Origin: a virus | Taxonomy: Duplodnaviria; Caudoviricetes | DNA: 57,902 nt | Virus record (IMG/VR): IMGVR_UViG_3300028370_000001 | Coordinates: 1-57,902 of that record | Strand: one strand, 5' to 3' | Position numbers and translations under genes: made by a program | The notes under the pieces: generated by a model | Told to the model about the DNA's origin: nothing | Database searches by the model: none | The model's input: only the letters and a program-made list of their open reading frames with translations | Shown: in pieces, positions 44,330-54,019 of the stretch | Layout: each line of letters starts with the position of its first letter | Numbering within the stretch: position 1 is the first letter of the stretch

Positions 44330-44785
44330 ATGATTTGTCAGGGTTGCAAGGTAGATAAACCAAAAGAAGAGTTCCCCGCTAGAAACGATAGGTCTGGTAG
44401 GTTACGCCCGTACTGTAAAGTGTGCGCTGCTGACGCACAAAGAGCAAGGTACGAAAGCCACAGAACAACTAAACCCTTTAAACACAGGTGTACGAGGGCT
44501 AAAACAAGGGCGGGAAGTCTAGACGTTCCTTTTGACTTAACATCAGAATACCTTGAGAGTATCTGGACAGGCAGGTGCCCTGTTCTAGACCTCCCTTTAA
44601 GCCTGTACACAGACAGAAAAGATGAGCTTGCGGCAGAACTAGACAGGTATCTACCTGAACTAGGGTATGTACAGGGCAATGTAAATTGGCTATCCCGCAA
44701 GGCTAACCGTATTAAAAGCAATAGCTCAATAGAAGTACATGAAAGAATGTTAACCTGGATGAAGGACGTAAGAGATGGAAGTTAA
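44330..44785 (+). CDS. HNH-family homing endonuclease
   Basis: CxxC..CxxC, CPVL, ELDRYLPELGYVQGNVNWLSRKANRIK. Confidence 0.8.
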   Translation: MICQGCKVDKPKEEFPARNDRSGRLRPYCKVCAADAQRARYESHRTTKPFKHRCTRAKTRAGSLDVPFDLTSEYLESIWTGRCPVLDLPLSLYTDRKDELAAELDRYLPELGYVQGNVNWLSRKANRIKSNSSIEVHERMLTWMKDVRDGS

Positions 44786-45623
44786 ATACCTTGAGCATAT
44801 GGGCAGTGATTTGGCCTGTGTTAACGCAGCACGAGTAAGCTTCTCTAGCGAAAGTGACTGGGAATATAACCAGAATGATGCTGGTGTTGATCTTACCGAC
44901 CCAAAGCTAGGCAAGAGAGACACACACCTCATCAAGTTCCTAGCTCGTGGTTGTACCACTAAGGACTGGGAGGAGCTTGTCGAGGAGATCACAACCTGCG
45001 GGGAACGGCAGAGCTTTGATGACTTTGCGTGTTACCCTGTTACAAAAGGAGAGTGCAGGGAGTTAGACAGAGAACTGCGTAAACTGCTCAACCACGTTAA
45101 GCGTATGCCTTGTCACTGGGTACCATTCGCTAACGGTGGTCAGATCAAGTTACACTTCAAGGTTCCACTCTTTGTTGCTCGTCAACTGCAGAAACACACA
45201 GCAGGGTTTAATCCTTGGTCTGAAGTGTCTCGTCGTTACGTAGACAGTGACCCAGAGTTCTATACTCCTGAGGTATGGCGAGGACGTAGTGCTGACAAGA
45301 AGCAGGGGTCTTCTGGCGTTGTCGAAGGGATTCTTGAGTTAGAAGACGGCCCTTACTTTACACCAGAAGACGGGTATGGCTTATGTAAAGAAATGTACGA
45401 AATGCTGTTATTAAAGATGGTAGCCCCTGAGCAAGCCCGTATGGTCCTCCCTCAGTCAATGTACACAGAGTTTGTATGGTCAGGTAATCTCTATGCTTGG
45501 GCATCGTTGTACAACACTCGTTCATGGGGCGACAGCCAAGCAGAGACAGCACAGGTAGCGGAGCAGATCAAGGCTATTGTCGAACCATTGTTCCCTGTAA
45601 GCTGGGGGAGTCTTACGCAATGA
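44775..45623 (+). CDS. thyX: FAD-dependent thymidylate synthase
   Basis: VNAARVSF, VARQLQKH, SEVSRRY, PEQARMVLPQSMYT. Confidence 0.92.
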   Translation: MEVKYLEHMGSDLACVNAARVSFSSESDWEYNQNDAGVDLTDPKLGKRDTHLIKFLARGCTTKDWEELVEEITTCGERQSFDDFACYPVTKGECRELDRELRKLLNHVKRMPCHWVPFANGGQIKLHFKVPLFVARQLQKHTAGFNPWSEVSRRYVDSDPEFYTPEVWRGRSADKKQGSSGVVEGILELEDGPYFTPEDGYGLCKEMYEMLLLKMVAPEQARMVLPQSMYTEFVWSGNLYAWASLYNTRSWGDSQAETAQVAEQIKAIVEPLFPVSWGSLTQ

Positions 45624-45781
45624 GCTGGTATGCCTACGAACCTAAGTCTGTCACAGTGTTTGAATCTGATGACGTTAGGGAAACTAAAGTTTTACGAAGT
45701 GACGGAGAGTACTTTAGGCTAGAGACTAAGAAGGAACCTATAGGGTTCTTATTGAAAAGCAAGAAGGAGTTTACACAATGA
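45620..45781 (+). CDS. Hypothetical 53-aa protein
   Basis: ATGA overlap, GGGGAG RBS. Confidence 0.5.
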   Translation: MSWYAYEPKSVTVFESDDVRETKVLRSDGEYFRLETKKEPIGFLLKSKKEFTQ

Positions 45782-46014
45782 GTAAGTACAACCCAGTAAG
45801 TAAACCTTCTCACTACAACCAAGGGGACGGCATCGAGTGTATTACCTATATCAAGCAAGTCCTTGGTCCGGAGGGATTCGTAGCATACTGCCGTGGCAAC
45901 CTCATTAAGTACAACCACCGAGCGATGTACAAAGGTAACCCCACAGAGGACATGGCTAAGGCACAACAGTACCTAGAGTGGGCCAACGAAACACTAAAGG
46001 AGATTTACAAGTAA
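45778..46014 (+). CDS. DUF3310 (SaV/T7 gp1.7-like) protein
   Basis: VSKPSHY..IECI..GNLIKY..KG..EDMAKAQQYL. Confidence 0.85.
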   Translation: MSKYNPVSKPSHYNQGDGIECITYIKQVLGPEGFVAYCRGNLIKYNHRAMYKGNPTEDMAKAQQYLEWANETLKEIYK

Positions 46015-46712
46015 TGGCACAGCAAAAAGCAAAGCCAAAGACTACTCGTGTTGTAACTAAACATGACGCAAACAAGAAGACCATTAGTATCCTACCTAAG
46101 ACTGAGAAGCAAGGAGAATACATCAAGGCTCTCCTAGCGGCAGACCAAGTGGTAGTCTTCGGGCCTAGTGGTACAGGTAAGACCTTTGTTGTGTCATCCA
46201 TTGCTGCCTCTCTCTACCATTCTAAGCAGATCAACAAGATAGTCATCACACGTCCTCACGTAGCTGTGGGTGAAAAGCTTGGGTTCCTGCCTGGCGACCT
46301 TAGGGAGAAGTGTGAGCCTTGGGCTCTGCCAGTCTTAGATGTACTGGACAAGCACCTAGGGAAAGGTACAGTTGACACAGGCATGAAGAACGGCAACCTA
46401 GAGGTTGCACCTATGGCCTTGATGCGTGGCCGTTCCTTTGAGAATGCCTTTATCATCTGTGACGAAGCCCAGAACATTACCTTCCATGAACTTAAGATGT
46501 TACTCACCCGTGTAGGTGAAGGCTCCAAGCTGGTGCTCAACGGTGACATCATGCAGTCTGACCTTAGGGAGGGCGATGGGCTTACTAAGGTACTTGCTCT
46601 TATCAACAAGTACGACATGCCTATCCCCATCATTGAGTTCAGTGTTGGTGATATCGTGCGGAGTAACATGACTAAGATGTGGGTAGAAACGTTTATCAAG
46701 GAAGGTGTATAA
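46014..46712 (+). CDS. phoH: PhoH-like ATPase
   Basis: GPSGTGKT, ITRP, GFLPG, MRGRSF, DEAQN, GDIMQSD. Confidence 0.93.
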   Translation: MAQQKAKPKTTRVVTKHDANKKTISILPKTEKQGEYIKALLAADQVVVFGPSGTGKTFVVSSIAASLYHSKQINKIVITRPHVAVGEKLGFLPGDLREKCEPWALPVLDVLDKHLGKGTVDTGMKNGNLEVAPMALMRGRSFENAFIICDEAQNITFHELKMLLTRVGEGSKLVLNGDIMQSDLREGDGLTKVLALINKYDMPIPIIEFSVGDIVRSNMTKMWVETFIKEGV

Positions 46713-46927
46713 TGTTTAAACCTGAGGAGATACATACCCGTGTTATTGACCAGAGGATAGGAATGGGTATTGGTGGTGTGGATACGGTTATACGTGTGAT
46801 ACACATCCCAAGCGGAATACTTATTGAGGTTCCCCGTGTTTCGTCCTCACAGTACTACGACCGTGAGATTGCAATACAGATGCTGGAGTCTGCTGTAACA
46901 CACCCAAAGTACCGTGAGGAAGTCTGA
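46712..46927 (+). CDS. Mini peptide-release-factor (RF-1 domain)-like protein lacking GGQ
   Basis: DTVIRVIHIPSGILI..SQYYDREIAIQML aligns with RF1 [24 protein letters not shown]. Confidence 0.65.
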   Translation: MFKPEEIHTRVIDQRIGMGIGGVDTVIRVIHIPSGILIEVPRVSSSQYYDREIAIQMLESAVTHPKYREEV

Positions 46928-47163
46928 TGGAAGATGAGTTCTACCTAGAGTGTTGCCCCTTCTGTGGGCCTCAACCAGACGGCATAGACAACGTAGTACT
47001 AGCTGAAACTAAAGACGTACGTGACGACTACGTCCTTGGCTACACAGTGCTCTGTCCTGGGTGTGACTTTGAAATGAGCCATGAGTTTATGGCAGACCTA
47101 CTGGAGAAGTGGAACAACAGGTTCTACCACGATGATAAACCCTTGACACTGGGTAGCGAGTAG
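46927..47163 (+). CDS. Lar-like restriction alleviation zinc-finger protein
   Basis: CPFCG..VLCPGC..EKWNNR. Confidence 0.65.
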   Translation: MEDEFYLECCPFCGPQPDGIDNVVLAETKDVRDDYVLGYTVLCPGCDFEMSHEFMADLLEKWNNRFYHDDKPLTLGSE

Positions 47164-47171
47164 CTTACTAT
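47143..47171 (+). promoter_or_regulatory. Sigma70-like promoter
   Basis: TTGACA-N17-TACTAT. Confidence 0.65.
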
Positions 47172-47201
47172 TACTGTAGTAAAACAAAAGGAAACGACAA
47201 C

Positions 47202-47387
47202 ATGAATACATTCTTGATTAAGTTTGAAATCTTTACTTCACTGGCAGGTTCTAACCAAGTGTTTGAAACCGCACAGGACCTGCTTGGGTCTATAGATGAA
47301 ATCTACGAGCACCTTACTAGAGGTATCGACATGGACGAGCACGGTGTTAGTGACCCTACCGTCGGTAAGTTTGAAGGGATGAACTAA
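47202..47387 (+). CDS. Hypothetical protein
   Basis: RBS AAGGA after promoter. Confidence 0.6.
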   Translation: MNTFLIKFEIFTSLAGSNQVFETAQDLLGSIDEIYEHLTRGIDMDEHGVSDPTVGKFEGMN

Positions 47388-47587
47388 TGGTACTCGGGTA
47401 TATCTTAATCTGCGGTATGGGGCCGCTAGACCCTGGAGCAATCGAGGGTTGCCGTGTCTTCCCCATGCCGTTCTCTACAGTAGCTGAGTGTGAGGAGAGC
47501 CGAGAAAACTTTCTCCTTAGTACTAGCCTGCGTGACCAACACTACGTTGATGACTCAGGTTGCATTGTGATTGGAACTGGAGCGTGA
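47387..47587 (+). CDS. Hypothetical Cys-containing protein
   Basis: TAATG coupling. Confidence 0.6.
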   Translation: MVLGYILICGMGPLDPGAIEGCRVFPMPFSTVAECEESRENFLLSTSLRDQHYVDDSGCIVIGTGA

Positions 47588-47772
47588 ACACATTCAAGCT
47601 AGGTATCAAGCATTTCACAGAGAACAAGTATGACTACTCTCTCTTTGTAGATGGGACAGAAGACAAAAGGAATTACGAACATGGCTACAGCAAAGCTTAC
47701 TTCCGAAAGCTTGACAACGTCAAAGCCCGAGAGGCTCGCTCCCAAGGGCAGACCGAAGGCTCTTACCAATAG
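47584..47772 (+). CDS. Hypothetical protein
   Basis: GTGA overlap, GGAG RBS. Confidence 0.45.
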   Translation: MNTFKLGIKHFTENKYDYSLFVDGTEDKRNYEHGYSKAYFRKLDNVKAREARSQGQTEGSYQ

Positions 47773-47890
47773 AGACTACTTTGCAGGACAGTTTGCTAGT
47801 ATCCTCTTCGATAAGAACTTTGGGGAGATGACCCTAGAGGACATAAAAAAAGAGGCCTACCGTATGGCAGACCTCATGATTGAAGAGTAG
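47681..47890 (+). CDS. Hypothetical protein
   Basis: RDYFAGQ..AYRMAD motif common in phages; AAGGA RBS. Confidence 0.6.
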   Translation: MATAKLTSESLTTSKPERLAPKGRPKALTNRDYFAGQFASILFDKNFGEMTLEDIKKEAYRMADLMIEE

Positions 47891-47894
47891 TACT

Positions 47895-47925
47895 GAGGGG
47901 GAGCCGAAAAGTTCCCCCTCTTTGT
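47895..47925. terminator. Terminator at convergence of the two arms
   Basis: GAGGGGGAGC-CGAAAA-GTTCCCCCTC then TTTGTTT. Confidence 0.8.
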
Positions 47926-47929
47926 TTGT

Positions 47930-50900
47930 CTACCTCTCTAAGGCAGAGTCTCGCGTATCCCTGTGGACATCTTGTACATCTTTAATGCTGTCGTAGAGGA
48001 GTTGTAGCTGAGGTATACTCAGGTCCCCTAGGTCTGCTTCACTTGTCTCAAAGACATCCATCATCTGTTCAAAGGCTTGACGCCCAGAGCCCTTGAGGTT
48101 GTTAATGTTGATGATGAGGTTTGCTTCTGCTCTTGGACCAGAAGGTACAGCTGCAAAAGAATCTTTGATGTCCTTCCTAGCTCTTGTCATAATCTCTCTC
48201 AACATCGCCTCCTTGCCAGCAAGACCCATAGCTTCCCACCTACCATTCTCTAGCACAGTATCAGCGTGGTACTCTAACAGAGGGAATAGGTGTTGCTCAT
48301 AAATCTCCAGCATCTCAGGGTTGTCCCTTGGAAGGTCTACCTGCCATTGGGGTTTACCTATGTCGTTGTAGAGGCGACCGATAGACGAAGTAGGAACCAC
48401 CTCTCGTGAACCAAAGATACGACCGGCGTTAACCCCTATGTTTCTACCGTTAATAGCGTCGTAGTTCTGTGTGTTGTAGGCTTTAGCTATGTCCTCACCT
48501 ACACCAGGGATGTTTTCTAAGCCCACTATACTGTCGACAATCTGGTCAGTGTAACGTAGAGCGTTGTTCAGATGTTTGTTACCGATGTTCCTGGAAGGAG
48601 CAACGTAGTCCTCTCCTTCAGAGAACGCCAAAGCGGTGTTGAGTGGATCGAGGAAACGAGTACCACCTGAAGAGTACATGCCCACAGTGGATGATAAGGA
48701 GACAGTGACTGCATCAATAAGCTCAGCCTCGCCAGAAATTACGTCTGTAAACAACTCCTGTACACCGCCAGCTGCATCACCTAGTCCCCGTGTAACAGAG
48801 GGAAGTGTGAACTTGGCAAGAAACTCTGTAGCAAGAGGGGCAGGTATCACCCCGTCTCCAGGTCGCGTTAGGTGCGCACCCATGCGCCCGATTATCTTCC
48901 AGAAAGACAGAGGGAAGTCATGTAGACGAGAGACTATCCTACCATCAGAGTTACGTTCCTCATGCCAAGCAAGACCATCCTCAAGGTTCTCCATCTCCTT
49001 CAGTGTAGCCACAGCTATAAGACTATAACCAGCAGCAGCCCTGCTAAGTAACTCCATCCTTGACTTACTAGTTTTTGTGTAGGATTTTAAAGCCAGAGAG
49101 ATACCTGTGTGATCTGCCATGAAGACCATAGAGTTGTTGAAGAACTGACCAAAGGGGATCAGAGCACCGAGGACAGGAACGTTACGGGCTTCCTCTAGAA
49201 CGTTAGCTACGAACTCAAGGTTTGTACCGGAGTTACGTTTGCCGTACTTCCGTGCAAAGACGTTACCCAGAGCTTGCTCAACAGCGAGGGCTTCAATCTC
49301 CATAAACTCCTGGTAGCTTGCACCCTTCTGTGGGTCCTTAAGGAGAGTGAAGATATCGGGCCGTTGCATAAACTCATTGTACGACATATTATACTTATTA
49401 CGGATGTTCATGTCCAGGGCGTACATAAACTCCTGTGACTTAGTTAACATATCCTGAGCAGTAACACCGTACATAACCTGCATAGTGTCCATAGCCTTAG
49501 TAACACCTGTCCGTGTGTCAGGAGCATCATCAATGATACGGTTAAGTTTAGTCACCATGTCTCCGTTATCAATACCCCCAGACAGGTAGCTAAACATAGC
49601 CTTCTGCGCCTCCGGACGGTGGGTAAGATAGTCTACAGTCTCCTCCATAGTGCCTTGCGGGTTAACTAGGTTTCTCAACTTGTTGACCTGAGCTTTAAAG
49701 GTATTACCAGCAAGACGACGATACTCAGCAGCACCGATGGCATCACCACCTGCATACCTTAAGACAGAGTAACCCCCGTAGAGAGTGCCCTTGATCATGT
49801 CCACAGTAGACTGCATCGTACTTGCATGGGCCCAACCCACAACGTTAAGCTTTGTAGTAGCTGGGTGGGTAACCAGCATACGAATAAAACCATTCTGGAA
49901 GTTACGGGACCATTGTTTAAAACCACTAGGTCCGTCTAGCTCTTTACTGGTCGTCATGCTCCTAACAGCTGCTGCAACTACTTCGTCATCAGGAGTACCA
50001 TCAGGTATAAAGGCTCTTGACCTCTTAGCAGCTCCAAGGCTACCAAGGACAGAACCAGATACACTAGCTACCTCAGCTCCTTTTGCCATAATCTCGTCAA
50101 GGTCTAAAACCTTACCGTCAGCATTCTGGAAGACACCATCGACTAGAGTCTCAATCTGCCCTCTCCACTCAGAAGGAAAGTTCTCATCTTTAATAACATC
50201 GTTGTACCACCCAGCCCTACGCTGACCTAGCCTAGCGTTTAGAGAGTCGATAGGAATACCAGCGTCGTTAAAGAAACTCTTCAGTCCTCCGTAGAACTTT
50301 GCAAACTCAACAGGGGAGATACCTTCTGCATCAACCCCACGGCCAGCAGCAACCAAGTCCTCAAAAGGAGTGAGAAAGTTACGTAGTGATTGTTGTATAA
50401 CTTCATCTTCTTGTGTCTCTGCTGCACGAGCAGCAGCACCCTCGGCTTCGTCCACACGTTTAAGAGCTTCTTCAAATTTCTCCTCGCCTCTCAAGATGTT
50501 TGTACCAGCAGTGTTGGTAGGACCCCACCCACGGGTCAGTAGAAGACCACCTTGTAGTCCACCCCCTACCACACCACCAAGTGCAGAGATGGCACCCTGA
50601 GTGACGTTGTAGCCCTCCTGACGGCCAACCATACGGTCTACACTCTGGATACCTGCGTCAGCAGCGACACCAGCAGCAGAGTCTAAGGCAGAGCTACCAA
50701 GGATATCCCCCACGGCACGACGACGACCAGCTGTTTGACCAGCCTCAGTTCCTAGCTCCTGGAAGCCTCGGGTCATAACACGGGATTGCGCTTGAGTAGC
50801 AGCCTGAGAAGCTACCTTACGGGTAGCCCCCCTGCTTAAAGCAGCACTAGAGGCAGCCTCACCAGCGCCTCGGGCAACTGCCTTTAAAGCTTGAGTAGCT

Positions 50901-51436
50901 CCACGGGTAGCGGCAGCACCACCTGCTCTACCGAAACCTAGGGACACAGCGTTAACAGGGTCCAGGATAAGAGACCTAGCGTAGTCCCCAACGGCATCAA
51001 GCTTTTCACCAGTAGTAGTGTTCTTATTGAAAGCACCACCTAAGGAGTCCCACAGTTCGTAGGCAGAAGCAGCAGTGGCTCTCCGGTTAACAAGTTCGTC
51101 ACCTTCGCCCCGGTAAAGGTGTTCCATCTCTTTGATGACAGCTATAGAGTTTCCTGAGTTAAACTTACGCATAGTGTTTACATAAGCATCTCTTATTTCC
51201 TCACGAGAGTAGTCCTCTTCGGTCATACCGGAGCGGTCTTCCATATAAGTAGCGGCTCTACTAAACTTGTCTTCGTCTAGTATGTTTGATACAGTGAGTG
51301 GTTCGACAGGGGTAACAGCCCCTGCCATCGACTGGTCACGAAGAGAACTAAAGCGGCTAGTAGTAGGTCTACCTACAGTCTCAGACACAGGGGTTACACC
51401 TATTGACCGTTGACGTAGCTCATTAAATCTTGACAT
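47930..51436 (-). CDS. Large internal virion (ejection) protein
   Basis: 1168 aa, Ala/Gly-rich, last gene of structural arm. Confidence 0.65.
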   Translation of the reverse strand: MSRFNELRQRSIGVTPVSETVGRPTTSRFSSLRDQSMAGAVTPVEPLTVSNILDEDKFSRAATYMEDRSGMTEEDYSREEIRDAYVNTMRKFNSGNSIAVIKEMEHLYRGEGDELVNRRATAASAYELWDSLGGAFNKNTTTGEKLDAVGDYARSLILDPVNAVSLGFGRAGGAAATRGATQALKAVARGAGEAASSAALSRGATRKVASQAATQAQSRVMTRGFQELGTEAGQTAGRRRAVGDILGSSALDSAAGVAADAGIQSVDRMVGRQEGYNVTQGAISALGGVVGGGLQGGLLLTRGWGPTNTAGTNILRGEEKFEEALKRVDEAEGAAARAAETQEDEVIQQSLRNFLTPFEDLVAAGRGVDAEGISPVEFAKFYGGLKSFFNDAGIPIDSLNARLGQRRAGWYNDVIKDENFPSEWRGQIETLVDGVFQNADGKVLDLDEIMAKGAEVASVSGSVLGSLGAAKRSRAFIPDGTPDDEVVAAAVRSMTTSKELDGPSGFKQWSRNFQNGFIRMLVTHPATTKLNVVGWAHASTMQSTVDMIKGTLYGGYSVLRYAGGDAIGAAEYRRLAGNTFKAQVNKLRNLVNPQGTMEETVDYLTHRPEAQKAMFSYLSGGIDNGDMVTKLNRIIDDAPDTRTGVTKAMDTMQVMYGVTAQDMLTKSQEFMYALDMNIRNKYNMSYNEFMQRPDIFTLLKDPQKGASYQEFMEIEALAVEQALGNVFARKYGKRNSGTNLEFVANVLEEARNVPVLGALIPFGQFFNNSMVFMADHTGISLALKSYTKTSKSRMELLSRAAAGYSLIAVATLKEMENLEDGLAWHEERNSDGRIVSRLHDFPLSFWKIIGRMGAHLTRPGDGVIPAPLATEFLAKFTLPSVTRGLGDAAGGVQELFTDVISGEAELIDAVTVSLSSTVGMYSSGGTRFLDPLNTALAFSEGEDYVAPSRNIGNKHLNNALRYTDQIVDSIVGLENIPGVGEDIAKAYNTQNYDAINGRNIGVNAGRIFGSREVVPTSSIGRLYNDIGKPQWQVDLPRDNPEMLEIYEQHLFPLLEYHADTVLENGRWEAMGLAGKEAMLREIMTRARKDIKDSFAAVPSGPRAEANLIININNLKGSGRQAFEQMMDVFETSEADLGDLSIPQLQLLYDSIKDVQDVHRDTRDSALER

Positions 51437-51440
51437 CTAT

Positions 51441-53510
51441 TCACCTTGTATTTGAACTGTTTCGTCGTATGTCCTCGTTAACAAGCAAGTCGTAGTAGCT
51501 GTTAACTAACTGGTTTACACCCGAACCTTCGAGAGAACGAGCAGGGCTTGGAGGACCACCCCTTGCGTCTTGGTTTACGAGGGTATCATAGTATATATTT
51601 ACCAACTCGTCAAGTCCAGACCCTGGGCCTGTGGGAGCTACTCTATTGAAGTCATCATCAAAGTTCTTATCCGCCGGTATACTAACAGGGTCATTCCTGT
51701 CTTCGTTAGGTGCCTGCCACATGGTTGGCTGCGTAGGAGCACGACCAGGTCCTGTTAAAGGATTACGTCTGACTGGTTGACGAAGAGTGTCTAAGAGCAA
51801 AAGCAAAGTCTCTATGTTTTCAGGTACAGTCTCTAGAGTCCTAAGGGTGCCTACAGCAGAAGTAATCAGTTCATCTCTAACGTTTAAGTCTTCTTCACGT
51901 AAAAGAGCAATGAATACCTCCTCAAACTCAGGACTGTTTATCTCCTCTATGTCGGATAGTACAGCAGACACTACAGCAGACTCAGGTCTTTGGTCTGTCT
52001 GGCCCAGTTGATCTGGTCTTAAACGAGGACGCATACTGCTTACTGCTTCTTCAAGGACAGCAAGAGGTTCCTGGCCGGGTCTTGAACGAGGACGCATACC
52101 ACTAGCATCTGTACCTAAGGTAACCGGGGTGTCTTGTTCTACCGGAGCTTTAGCTTCGTAAGTTGATAAAGGTGTGGTGGTTATTACCCTACCAAAGAAA
52201 TCTGTTTGGTCAGGAATGACAGACTTATAAAACTCTAGGTCCGGTGTTTCACTCTCTACGGCCATGTCTGGTGTAACTAGGACAGGCTGTGTACCTCCTT
52301 CAAACAAAACATGGATGCCGAACGAGCCTGGGTGAGCAGCAAAGTAGCTGTCAACAAATTGGTCAATGTTACCCTCAGTAACAGGGATAGCAGGGGTGTC
52401 GAGGGGTAGAGCTTCTACTTCTTTATCAGGTAAACCTGCGGGGTCTCCAGGCACACCACTAGGATCAACAACTGGGTCTCCAGGCACACCACTAGGATCA
52501 ACAACTGGGTCTCCAGGCACACCACTAGGATCAACAACTGGGTCTCCAGGAACACCACTGGCATTCACAGCGCCGTCAGACGTATCCTCTGGAGCTCCTA
52601 GGAGTATTGAGAGAGAGCTAGAGGAGAACCCTTGAAGAGGGTCGAAGAGTCGTGTCCCAAGTGTATCGGCAAGCATAGTCGTGTTAGGACCAGGAGCTAT
52701 ACCTAGGTCGAGAATAGCGTTCAGACGTAGGACCCCATTTAGATCATCAGCCTCTTCAAGACCTTTAATCCGAGCGTTGATAGTCTGTAGTTCACCTTCT
52801 TCTAAACCAGGAACTTTGCTAGCTTGCAACTCCTGGATCATACCTTCAAGGTTATAATCATCGTTAACAGTTTGCATGTGCGCTCGGAAGTCAGCAGCTC
52901 TCATAGGCTCAGCAGGAACAGCAGCTGTAAAGTCGTAAGTCACTCCACCTTCGTTAGAACCTTGAGCCTGAATAGGTAGGTTCAGACTAGCCATAATCTG
53001 GTCACCAGTCATACCTCCAACAATCTGTCGGTTGTATACTTCGTTAGACAGAGCTTCATCAACGTTGAGTCCAAGCCACGAACCAATAGACCTACGACGA
53101 GATGTCACTGGGTCTGTATCATTAGGCATAGCTTGGGCAGTAGGTAGGATTGAAGCAAGGATTTCCTCCATAGAGGCCTCGCTACGGTAGTCAGCAGCGA
53201 TAGACATCATATCGTTAAGGTTGTTTCCTGTAATTCTGTTATCATCTTTAGTGTCAGAGTACACCATCATCAACCCTTGGGGGTCCATCTCCAGTGTACC
53301 AAGGACTGTACGCTCATCAGCACCACGGCGGATAAGACTAGTAGCTGCTCGTTCGTAAGCACTACGTTGCTCTTGGATACCAGCTTGACGTTTGAGACCC
53401 TGCTCACGTAGGTATGTACGGTCCTCGTCTACACGAGCACGGATGTATTGCTTCTGATCTGTGATGTCATTATTGAGCTGACCAAAGAACCCTGCTGCTG
53501 AAAACCCCAT
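51441..53510 (-). CDS. Internal virion protein with Pro-rich repeats
   Basis: 689 aa; SGVPGDPVVDP repeats; SxRPRxRP-like motifs. Confidence 0.6.
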   Translation of the reverse strand: MGFSAAGFFGQLNNDITDQKQYIRARVDEDRTYLREQGLKRQAGIQEQRSAYERAATSLIRRGADERTVLGTLEMDPQGLMMVYSDTKDDNRITGNNLNDMMSIAADYRSEASMEEILASILPTAQAMPNDTDPVTSRRRSIGSWLGLNVDEALSNEVYNRQIVGGMTGDQIMASLNLPIQAQGSNEGGVTYDFTAAVPAEPMRAADFRAHMQTVNDDYNLEGMIQELQASKVPGLEEGELQTINARIKGLEEADDLNGVLRLNAILDLGIAPGPNTTMLADTLGTRLFDPLQGFSSSSLSILLGAPEDTSDGAVNASGVPGDPVVDPSGVPGDPVVDPSGVPGDPVVDPSGVPGDPAGLPDKEVEALPLDTPAIPVTEGNIDQFVDSYFAAHPGSFGIHVLFEGGTQPVLVTPDMAVESETPDLEFYKSVIPDQTDFFGRVITTTPLSTYEAKAPVEQDTPVTLGTDASGMRPRSRPGQEPLAVLEEAVSSMRPRLRPDQLGQTDQRPESAVVSAVLSDIEEINSPEFEEVFIALLREEDLNVRDELITSAVGTLRTLETVPENIETLLLLLDTLRQPVRRNPLTGPGRAPTQPTMWQAPNEDRNDPVSIPADKNFDDDFNRVAPTGPGSGLDELVNIYYDTLVNQDARGGPPSPARSLEGSGVNQLVNSYYDLLVNEDIRRNSSNTR
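52441..52559. repeat. 33-bp coding tandem repeat (~3.6 copies)
   Basis: GGGTCTCCAGGCACACCACTAGGATCAACAACT. Confidence 0.9.
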
Positions 53511-54019
53511 TATACTTCCTTCCGTGACATCAAGCCACCACGCTTAGGTTTATCTTCCACCATCATCTCAACCTCAGGCTCAGCCTTCATAGCTGACTCC
53601 GTGTCATCACCTTTGAGTTTACTCTCCTTTAGACCAGAAATAGCACCAGACAAAGCGATACTCTTAAGTACGTCGTCATCGTTATCTTCTTCAAAGAACT
53701 CTTTGAACTCTACATCTTCTTCCTCTAGCAGGTTAACAATGTAGTCTTGGATAACCGGTGCAATCATCATAGAGATGTCAATGCTGTGGATGCCTTGGGC
53801 TACGGCACCTGTGAGCACTAACTCTGTAAGCATGGATACAGGTAAGCCCTGTCCAACACCATCCAGGATACTGTTGAGAACCTTAGGAGTACCAATACGT
53901 GTGAGGTGATGAACGATAGCTTCATCTGGATTAGAAGTCTCAGGTGGTCGCTCCCAAGGTGCGTTCTTAGGTTCGTTCGTTAGAGACTGACCAGGGATCG
54001 GTGCATCAAATTGTTTCAT
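53510..54019 (-). CDS. Putative virion protein
   Basis: FDAPIPGQSLT..PWERPP; in structural operon. Confidence 0.65.
   Translation of the reverse strand: MKQFDAPIPGQSLTNEPKNAPWERPPETSNPDEAIVHHLTRIGTPKVLNSILDGVGQGLPVSMLTELVLTGAVAQGIHSIDISMMIAPVIQDYIVNLLEEEDVEFKEFFEEDNDDDVLKSIALSGAISGLKESKLKGDDTESAMKAEPEVEMMVEDKPKRGGLMSRKEV

Noticed and set aside
44284-44790. Group I intron in thyX
   Set aside because: No intron core elements seen, and the downstream thyX has its own complete N-terminus
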